From: Eledone cirrhosa
Lineage: Eukaryota
Assembly (NCBI GenBank): GCA_964016885.1
Contig: OZ024745.1
Coordinates: 36,642,001 to 36,706,000 of the forward strand
Direction of reading: 5' to 3'
DNA: 64,000 bases
The notes under the pieces were generated by a model. The model searched no databases and was not told the origin of the DNA. It was given only the letters and a program-made list of their open reading frames with translations. This document shows positions 53,777 to 64,000 of this stretch, piece after piece. A program made the position numbers and the translations under genes. Within the stretch, counting starts at the first letter, position 1; every line of letters starts with the position of its first letter.

Positions 53777-54126
53777 CACTACTACCACTACTACTACTAC
53801 TACTACCACTACTGCTGCTGCTGCTGCTGTTGCTGCTACAGCTACTGCTGCTGCTGCTGCTACTACTACTACTACTACTACTACTACCACTACTACCACT
53901 ACTACTACTACTACTACTACCGCTGCTGCTGCTGCTGCTGCTGTTGCTGCTACAGCTACTGCTGCTGCTACTACTACTACTACTACTACTACCACTACCG
54001 CTGCTGCTGCTGCTGTTGCTGCTACAGCTACTGCTGCTGCTGCTGCTACTACTACTACTACTACTACTACTACCACTACCGCTGCTGCTGCTGCTGCTGC
54101 TGTTGCTGCTACAGCTACTGCTGCTG

Positions 54127-54159
<33 letters not shown>

Positions 54160-54188
54160 TTACTACCACTACTACTACTACTCCACTA

Positions 54189-54231
<43 letters not shown>

Positions 54232-54320
54232 CACTACTACCACTACTACTACTACTACCACTACTACTACTACTACCACTACTAGTGCTGCTGCTGCTGC
54301 TGCTACAGCTACTGCTGCTG

Positions 54321-54351
<31 letters not shown>

Positions 54352-54680
54352 CACTACTACCACTACTACTACTACTACTAATATCCTCTACTACTACTAC
54401 CACAATTACTACTACTACTACTACCACTACTACCACTACTACTGCTACCACTACTACTACTACTACCACTACTACTACTCCTACTACTACTACTACTACT
54501 ACCACTACTAAAACTACTACCACTACTCCTACTACTACTACTACTACTACCACTACTACTACTACTACCACTACTACCACTAATACTAATACTACTACTG
54601 CTACTACTACCACTACTACTACTACTACTACCACTACCACTACTACCACTACCACTACTACTACTACTACTACTTCTACA
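53135..54680. repeat. Compound (CTA/CCA/CTG)n array with higher-order units
   Basis: The core GCTGTTGCTGCTACAGCTACTGCTG recurs about 9 times between variable CTA runs. Confidence 0.92.
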
Positions 54681-54737
54681 AAGACAACAACAACAATGAT
54701 GATTTCTTTCATTATCATGTTTATATTTTTTTTATTA

Positions 54738-54925
54738 AATAATTGTTTCTACTTTAGGCACAAGGCCAGCAATTATGCCAGTGTATTACTGGTACTTTAT
54801 TTTATCGACCTCGTAAGGATGAAAGGCAAAGTTAACCTCGGTGGGATTTGAACTCAGAAGGAAGGGCCGTAACTCTATGCGTCAAAGCCTGGTGTCCGAC
54901 CCTCTACCGATACTGCCAATCCACC
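54738..54925 (-). mobile_element. SINE, short-tail variant
   Basis: Reverse complement of the 29862-type copy. Confidence 0.92.
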
Positions 54926-55334
54926 AACAACAGTAATAATGAAAACAAATTGAAAAATCATTATCTAATTGTTTCTAATTGTTTCCAAACCATCTCTTTT
55001 ATCTTCAGTCGGTGTTTTTTTTTTTTGTGTGTTTTTGTTTTTTGTTCTTTTTTTTTGTTTTGGTTTTGGTTTTTTGTTCTTTATATTTAATTTCTTTTTC
55101 ATTTTTTTTTTCATTTTTTTAATTAACTTTTAATGTATTACTAAAATTATGATGATGATTATGATGATGATTATGATGATGATTATGATGATGATTATGA
55201 TGATGATTATGATGATGATTATGAAACTTATTCTTGTCATTATGATAGTTATTATAATTTAGCATTATGATTATCATTTTTTGTTTCTGTTCAGTAATGC
55301 ACTGGGCTCGATTTCATGGCCTTGTACCAGCGAT

Positions 55335-55945
55335 TTGGCAGTATCGGTGGAGGGTTGCACGTCATGCTTTCTAGCATACTGAGTTCAAATCCCGTCGAGG
55401 TTAACTTTGCCTTTCATCCTTAAGGGGTCGATAAAATAAAGTACCAGTAATGTACTGGGGTCGGTTTAATCGCGTTTCCCCTCCCCCAAAATTGCTGGCC
55501 TTGTGCTTATATAAGAAACCATTATTATCACAGTATCGGTAGAGAGTCGAACGCCATGCTTTCCAACATAGTTATGTCCCTTCACGGTCTGATTTCAAAT
55601 CCCGTCGAGATTAACTTTGCCTTTCATTCTTACGGGGTCGATAAAATAATGTACCAGTAATGTACTGTGATAATTGCTGGCCTTGTGCCAAAAGTAGAAA
55701 CAATTATTATTATTATTATCATCAATGCAGGTAGATTGGCAGAGTCAGTGGAGTGTCGGACAATATGCTTTGTGGCATAGATTTCGGCCCTTTACGTTCA
55801 AATCCAGTCGAAGTTAGCTTTGTTTTTCATCCTTAGAGGGGCGATAAAATAAAGTACTAGTAATGTAAGTGGGGTCGATTTAATAGACTTCCCCTCCCCA
55901 AAATAATGTTGGCCTTGTGCCTAAATCAGAAGCAATTATTATTAT
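55335..55945 (+). mobile_element. Three tandem SINEs (long, short, long tail)
   Basis: Each has a TTCAAATCC box, the TTTCAT(C/T)CTT..GGG..GATAAAATAA core and a GGCCTTGTGC..GAA..ATTATT tail. Confidence 0.9.
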
Positions 55946-56002
55946 CATCAACAATATCCTCATTTTCATATCATCATCATCATCATCGTCATGATTACTA
56001 AC

Positions 56003-56580
56003 CATCTATGTCCCGACAAGGACAGGACGATCGGATTTATTCAGGCGTCAAAAAGCTTTCTCCAAAACGGCTCGCTCTCTAGTAATAGTGGGGAACTGGA
56101 ATTACATCTGTGATGCACGTTACGATTGTGTGAAAATTACCCTTGGGAAAAGGAGTGTAACAGCCTCACAGGCTTGCTCAAACGTTTCCAACTCTCAGAC
56201 AGGTACCAACTGGATTTCCTAAATGTGCCAGTGTGGACATGTTGTAACCACAGCAAGTTATTAAGCTCATAATTAGATAAGGTTTTGGTTCAGTTAACGA
56301 TAAGTGACAGTCTTTGGTGTCCATAATTTCAAAAGGTCAGATACCCAGTATGCAGACAACAAATATGTGACCTGCATTGTCGAACTAGAGACAAGAGCCC
56401 GGTTGCTGGAGGTTGAACTTATCTTTCCTGGCACACAAAGACTACAGAAACCGGATAAGAGCAACTAGACGGGGGGAATCATAAACAATTTGAGAGTGAG
56501 GTGTACTGAAGAGAGTGTCCCTGTTCTTTTCTATTTCCCTTTATGTTTCGGCCCTAGTGGCCAATCAAGAATTACTTATT
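56003..56580 (+). pseudogene. Decayed APE endonuclease fragment of a related L1/Tx1 family joined to a 3'-UTR-like end
   Basis: IYVPTRTGRSDLFRR..RSLVIVGNWN..DARYD; CNSLTGLLKRFQLSDRYQLDFLNVPVWT; GCWRLNLS. These parallel the 17843 ORF. Confidence 0.78.
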
Positions 56581-56794
56581 TCTATTCTTCAGTCAACGTT
56601 TTTATTAAATGACATCCATATAATGCATTTGATCATTTATAATACATAAATATGATCAAATGAAATCAATACAGACAACAGCAAAAGCATGTTTCCCATA
56701 AAGGTGGTGCTGGTTGTGTTGGTGGTGGCGGCGGACATAGTGTGTATGTGTGTGTGTGTACAATGAGCATAAATATATATATATATATATATAT

Positions 56795-57008
56795 AATATA
56801 TTAACAAATGGAAACTATATTTATAAAACCATATTTATTTCATTATACATATTTCAAGGCCCACCAAGGCAGATTATGGTGCGCTTTCATAAATATAGTT
56901 TCCATTTGTTAATATATTGTATATGTACTCCAATAATTTGTTGAGTGCTTTATATCAGTTATAAAAATATTTTAGCTTGTTGTATCCCAACAAATTAAAT
57001 ATAACCTC

Positions 57009-57011
<3 letters not shown>
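56795..57011 (+). mobile_element. Family A copy with 5' inversion (30-bp inverted repeat)
   Basis: 56795-56824 is the reverse complement of 56889-56918; 56800-56890 matches 49330-49417. Confidence 0.78.
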
Positions 57012-57090
<79 letters not shown>

Positions 57091-57101
57091 TAGATAGATA
57101 G

Positions 57102-57232
<131 letters not shown>

Positions 57233-57322
57233 GTGATTCCGTCGGAAAGGTCCAGGAAAAAAGACTGTTCTATGTAGGTTACAGAGCTTATTAGTTATGT
57301 AATAAACAACATAAGATAATTA

Positions 57323-57382
57323 TTTCATTTACCAGTGGTTTCTTGAAAGCAACCAAAATTGCTTTCATTCATCAGAATGAAA
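57323..57382 (-). ncRNA. Type I hammerhead ribozyme, best-paired in the window
   Basis: Minus strand TTTCATT-CTGATGA-ATGAAAGCAA-TTTTGG-TTGCTTTCAA-GAAA-CCACTGG-TA-AATGAAA. Stem I 7 bp, stem II 9 bp, stem III ACCA/TGGT, GUA triplet. Confidence 0.88.
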
Positions 57383-57629
57383 AAAATCCTGGTGTCTTTA
57401 TTGACAGTGGATTTGAAAAACAAAAATATAACAGATATGAAAGTGAGGCTGGAGGAAAAAAAAGGGCGGGGGAAGAATAATAAATAAGAATATATAACAA
57501 CACACACGTATACACACACACGCACACGCGCACCTACACTCACATATACACACATATATACATATATATATACACATATACACGCACATATACACATATA
57601 TATACACAGAGACACATATACACACAAAT

Positions 57630-57689
<60 letters not shown>

Positions 57690-57800
57690 ATACATAAAAA
57701 CACCAACACATATATATATATATATCTATATGTATACATATACATATATATATATACAAGCACACACATACATATATATATATATATATAAATACAGATT

Positions 57801-57937
57801 TGAGAAAAACCACAGACCCTCCATCTCAACTCTACTTTTGAAAAGCCGAAGAACTGCGAAACCGGTAAAGGGACCAAATAAATATATATATATTTTTTTT
57901 AAATAAGACTCCAGTTGCATTTTCGATTTCATCTTTT
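57801..57937 (+). mobile_element. Family C, second copy
   Basis: Near-identical to 48517-48655. Confidence 0.8.
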
Positions 57938-58921
57938 TATTTTTTTATTTATACTTTCATTCGTGTAGGACACCTCGTTTATTTTTCATTTTGTAAAAAA
58001 AAACTCACTTTCTAATATAAATACATTTATATACATAAATCTTACACTGCAGAAATTCCCTTCTTCAATTGTCGAGTGGAGATCACGATGATTTCAGAAC
58101 CGTGTGACTGTTTTACCACCACCACCTTCATATACCTCAGGCTACATTAATCCTACGAGGGGAAGTTCGGTTTTGCTGGGTCCCAGCTATAGCACGGATT
58201 TTGTGTACGATTTATTCTTTGATCTCAATTGTAGTGTTTGTTTTTATCTCTCAAGCCTCTGCATTATGCATGATGTAGCATTTTCTGCTTCCCTGTCCAG
58301 TTTCTGTAAGTTTCTGTTCATTCTCCCCTTCCCATGTAAAAGTCCGTAGCCTAGTGGTTAAAGTGTTCAACTTACATTTATAAGATCGCAGGTTTTATAG
58401 CTGGACCGCGCTACACGTTGTCTTCTTGAGCAAGAGGCTTTACTTCACGTTGCTTTATATGGTCGGACTGCGGACCTCGTCGTGAGAACATACAAGAAAC
58501 CTCTGATGAGATCCAACCTCGTAGAAAACTAGCTCAACCTGAAATGGTGTGAACTGTAAATTTCATTCTTTTTTCTTTTCTCCCAAGTCTAATGCTTGTC
58601 AGGTATGAAATAATAGAATCACCATATACTGCCAGCTCCATTTCGCACATAATTCTCTATGGCCTTATTAATTCATGCTCTTCCATTCACGTGTACCCAT
58701 TCCATATTAGCCCTTTAAATCATCGCCATCTGAACAATAAGATTTTTTCATTTTTACTTTTTTTGTTTTCATCATTCAGACCATATAATGTTTGTGCATT
58801 GCTTCGTTATTGCAATACTGGCGAGGAATACAAGCGAATATTTACGTATATGCATAGATCTGCTTATGTATAAGAGAAAAAGAAAGAGAGGGTGATACTA
58901 CATGTGTATGTATATATACCT

Positions 58922-58964
<43 letters not shown>

Positions 58965-59402
58965 GGAGAGGGGGGGGATAAATGTTTGTATGTATATGCA
59001 TCTATTTACATACACTCATTTATATATATATACGTATGTGTGTATGTGAATTTATGTGTACGTATATATTCTAATCATAGAAAAAATAACGTCTTTTGTG
59101 ATCATCTTAATTACAAATATATATCAACTGCAATTCTGCCAGTCTTTTAATAACAATAAACCTACATAAAAAGATGATTAAAAACTTTATAATGTATTAT
59201 GGAGTCTCTCTCTGTTCAATACAGAAGCGGAATACAAATCGGAATCAGAAATTTCATTCATCGACCAGTATTTTTAATCTATAGATCTATTGAGCAAGAT
59301 AATGATAGATAGGAAAGAAGAAAGAAAAACAGAAAAAAGAAATAAAGGAAAATAGATAGCTATATATATATTTGTTTCTTTTCTCTCTCTCTCTATCTCT
59401 CT

Positions 59403-59523
<121 letters not shown>

Positions 59524-59594
59524 TATATACAATGCTTCAAGCAAACTATAACATTTTATTATATATAGAGAGAGCGAGGGGGATATGTAGAGGA

Positions 59595-59637
<43 letters not shown>

Positions 59638-59642
59638 GATAA

Positions 59643-59728
<86 letters not shown>

Positions 59729-60544
59729 GAAACGAAAGAAATTAAGAAAGTAACGATGGTGAAAATGAAAAGAAAGAAAGAAAGAAAGAATGAATGAATG
59801 AATGAATGAAAGATAATTACCAAGGGGAAAGATAAATAATCTGTTCATTAATGTTGACAATGTATTCGGAACATAAGTGCTTAATTAAATGAACCAAATT
59901 AATTTAGTGGATGAAAGCTGATTCATTAATCCTTTTTTTGAATCGTTAATGAATTTGACCAAAATCAATTAATTCCCTATGTAAACCTTAATATTAATCG
60001 TCATTCATAAGCAGGCAAAGGACGTAAGTTACATTCGTCCTTTCTGGAATCATGATATATAATATGGCTCTGTCTGAAATGCATACCAATTTCTTTTTTT
60101 GTTTTTTTACTATCCTAAAATACGTTTTTGTAGTGTTAAACATAAATACATAGGCAGTAGTGAGTTGAGTGGATCATTGGGGATCATCAGGCGTTGGATA
60201 GAATACTTCGTGGTATTCATTCCGGTTCTCTGTTTCGAGTCGATAAATAAAGTATCAGTGCAGCACTAATGTCGATTCTTCCTCTATTTCAGGTTATATC
60301 TCTTGCACTAGAAGTAGTCGGCTGTGGTCAGATTTAGAGATGGATATACTCTGCCAGGTTTAAATGCCCAAGACACTTTGTATCATAAGTTACGGTACCC
60401 CTACTGTTTAATCGTAAGTTAAAATCCCATGCAGACATAACATGGATATGTTTGATCATATTGACTGCCAGAGTAAATATAACATCACTTAATTAATGGG
60501 TGTTACATGATGCGACATTCCAACCTCAATACTAAGGTCATAAA

Positions 60545-60810
60545 TATGGTCATTGCCACTTGTAACGCTTGAGAGTGGAAGGTAAACAAAAACCAAGATT
60601 TGACCGGTGGCTTCATTTTTATGTCAGTTGCCGTCGAGACCTACGGTGAACTTGGTCGCTGGACTGTCGTTTTTCCTCTAGAAAATCGAGAAGATGCATT
60701 TTGTTCGAGGAAGGAACTCCATGAGATGGAATAGCAGATGCAGCAAATGTTGCTGACTGTGCTTCGCAGCAATGCTTTCACCGCTTTATCCTCGAGGTGC
60801 GGTTGAGATT
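60545..60810 (+). pseudogene. Decayed restriction-like endonuclease C-terminus of a CRE-like non-LTR element
   Basis: A*EWKVNKNQDLTGGFIFMSVAVETYGELG...QQMLLTVLRSNA resembles AE..K..KY..L...F.P.AVET.G..G...Q..S..V.RGNA. Confidence 0.5.
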
Positions 60811-61749
60811 AAGTACCACCCAGCTAAGACTGTCGAGTTTGTCATCTCTCTTTCTCCTTACCATTTTTTATTTAATTTTTCTCCCTCTCCTCTTTTTTTT
60901 CTTTTTTCATTATTGTATATCATAAAAATATAAACAAATACATACTTATTAATAGATGGATTTTAAATTAGAATTACAGTGAATGGAAATAATTGAGGTG
61001 CTCCACGCATTCTCAATTAGGGATCAAGTTTTGATTGCTTATTGAAGAGATATGCTGTTCTTTGCTTGTTGCTATTTCTACAAAAAATGTCGGAAATCGC
61101 TTTTGTTGAAGAGACTTGGCTAAAACGTTAGAATTCACATTCAAAGAAAAGCCCTGCTCGAAACAGAACTCACTTTCGTAGAACTGTGAGACATAAATTC
61201 TCACCTACGAGAATGATCTGATTACTAACAACTCAATTTCGACACTAATCTCTACCTAAAATGTCATATCACACCTCCCTTCGTGACCAATGAATTTATC
61301 TAATTTACTGATATTGGCCAATACAAACCCATTAAGTTTCCTAAGATCTTCTACTTTAACTAGCGACCCTCCATTTTACCTGGCAACCCTTGCTTTTAAA
61401 TAACCACCAAATTTCCTTTAAATCGTTAATCATCCTCTTTAAAACGGTAATCATATGTGTAATATAATCATAGTTCCGTTTAGAAAGACAGAATATTCTA
61501 AGCTGAAATGCCTTTGATTATATTTATGTTCGATATCACGGAAATCATTGTACAAACAACAGCCTCAACAACTTGCAATTTATTAATAACTTCGTGAATA
61601 ACTATGAAGTCAACGGTCAAGAGACAGTTTAGTTTGATGTCATTGGCCACAACTTTCGAGTGGGATGAAGGATGATAATGATAATTTATAAGTATAGATA
61701 TATACAGTGCATAAGAAATTGGCAACCGTTGCATTTCAGTTTCAGAGGG

Positions 61750-62110
61750 AAGGGGAAAGTCGATTACATTGACCCCAGTGCAGTACTGGTACTATATTTT
61801 ATCGACCCCAAAAGGATGAAAGGCTATGCTAAGCTCGGCAGAATTTGAACTCAGAACATAAAGAGCCGTTACTCTATACCGCAAAGCATGATGTCCGACG
61901 CTCTACCAATACTGCCAATCATGATAATTTATTCTTCTAATGTTGACACAAAGCTTGCAGGGGAAAGTCGATTAAATCGACAAAGTACTTGAGTGTTTGG
62001 TACTTTATTTTATCGACTTCGTAAGGATGACAAGCAAAGTTGACTTCAAAAGGTAAATAGCCGGAGAAAATAATGCTAAGCATTGTCTGAAGCTCTAATG
62101 ACTGTTAATT
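61750..62110 (-). mobile_element. Two SINEs, long-tail variant
   Basis: GGGGAAAGTCGATT..., TTTATCGAC and GGATGA.A.G in both; ATTTGAACTCAGAAC in the first. Confidence 0.85.
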
Positions 62111-62243
62111 CCCCATCCTAATAGTCATGGTGATAAGGATGGCGGTGATACTGATGTTGATGATGATGGTGGTGGTGATAATGATGCTGATGAGGATGAT
62201 GATGATGATGACGATGAGGAGGGGGAGGGGGAGGGGGGGGGGG

Positions 62244-62281
<38 letters not shown>

Positions 62282-63164
62282 TTAATGATGGTAGTGGTGG
62301 TGATGATAATGATGGATGTCATGATGATGATGATAAAGGTGTTGATTACGATAATGATAATGATGATGATAGTGTCGGTTAAGATTATATAAAGACAATC
62401 TAATGAGCGAGAAGATGGCTGCTATCTATTGCGAGTGAAGGAAGGATCTAAGTTTGTGAGCCGCAGATAGATATATCAGAAATAATGATAGCAATCTAAT
62501 GTAGAAAGATTGACAGAAAGGTTTACATCAAGAAACAAAATAAATATATATAAATAAATAGATTAGATAAAATTAAAGTAAATATAAAAATTAAAATAAA
62601 CAATGCAAAACAAAAAATATAGGGAAGTAAAAAAAAAAAAAGGAAAAAATATGTATAAAAATGCAGACATCAACAGTTCGTGGTTGGGGAGAATAAAGGT
62701 GTGAGGTTATGTGTGTGTGTGTGATTATGAGGGTGTGAGGTTGAGTGTATGAGTATGAGGGTGTATGTTTATAAGAGTATATGTATGAGAGTGTGACGGT
62801 GGGGGTGAGGGTGAGAAGATGAGAGAGGATAGGTGATGAAGAGGGAGAGGAAGGCGAGGATGAGATGAAGAGAGAGGATGAGTGGTGAGGAATGACACTT
62901 GAAAAGATAAATACATACTTTTTTTTTTTTAATCAATAAAAAAATTAAATAAAGTAAAATAAATAGTGAAATGAAACTGCTGCCAAATGTAATATCATGT
63001 TGTCGTTATTGTTGTTGTTGCTGTCATAACATAACACAAACCAGGTAAGCTATCACCTTCGGAGAGCAACGCTGTAGGGATATGTTGTATTCACATACAC
63101 ACAGATGCGTGCATACACACACATACATGTATATATACACACACACACACAAACATACATGCAT

Positions 63165-63211
<47 letters not shown>

Positions 63212-63281
63212 ATTATATATGTATATATATATGTATATATATGTATTTATATATACGTATATATATCTATATATATATATA

Positions 63282-63346
<65 letters not shown>

Positions 63347-64000
63347 GTTGGTGGGAGTTTGGTTATGTGTGTGTATATATATGTATGTAAGTAGGTGATC
63401 ATTTGTTTTAGTGTTTGTATGTGTATATGTGTGCAGGTGTGTAGGTGTATGTTACGTTTTGTGTTGTTTCTAAAACATTTCCAACAGATTATATTTCAGA
63501 ATAAATTTCGCAACTAGCGCAAAAAAGGTAAAAAAAAAAAATAAGACCTTTGTAGAAAAGTTTAGTCAATTTAATATAAATTATGCAACTTTTATAATAG
63601 AAATGCTTTTAAAATTTTCGTCTTATTTTAAATAATTTTTCGCACAGCAAAATATAAAAAATAAAAAAAATTAGAAATAAAAATCAACAACAAAACAACT
63701 ACAACAAATTTGGCTCTTTCATGCATGATTTGTTAATGCGAATATATTCAATGTTGTGTGAAATAATAAAAGATTATGATTTTGAAAGTTTGTGGATAAT
63801 AATTATTATTATGGTTTTTCATGAGATTTAACATGCCGAATTAATGTTGTATTGTGTGAACATTTCATTTTTGAAAATACGTTTTAACATATTGTTAAAT
63901 AAAAAAGAAAATGTTCCGCTTTGTGTTCAGCTCCTTATTATACACGAAACCCTTGCATTTATCTATCTATAAAACTTCAGTTCTTTGCATATTGAAACCT

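Noticed and set aside
58500-58545. CTGATGAG...GAAA motif
   Set aside because: No consistent stems I, II or III.

Overview
AT-rich, microsatellite-dense animal DNA, intergenic or intronic. The SINE family and base composition suggest an octopus or other coleoid (inference). No host gene can be called with confidence, and most ORF-track entries are microsatellite artefacts. Contents: (1) a near full-length but disrupted L1/Tx1-type LINE (14165-19868, -), an internally deleted copy of it and an endonuclease fragment of a relative; (2) four GIY-YIG-encoding Penelope-like element (PLE) 3' halves, a PLE RT fragment and several 100-300 bp non-coding PLE-like remnants; (3) five clear or near-canonical minimal type I hammerhead ribozyme motifs plus degenerate ones; (4) about 20 tRNA-derived SINE copies; (5) a 780-bp solo LTR, a Helitron-like 3' end, a CRE-like endonuclease relic and several minisatellites. 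The most striking pattern is a recurring architecture, seen whole or in part in at least seven insertions from unrelated families: (TA)n, inverted copy of the element's own 3' region, 5'-truncated element with or without an intact GIY-YIG ORF, hammerhead, AATAAA-like signal, (TA)n. Coordinates and mismatch counts were read by eye.
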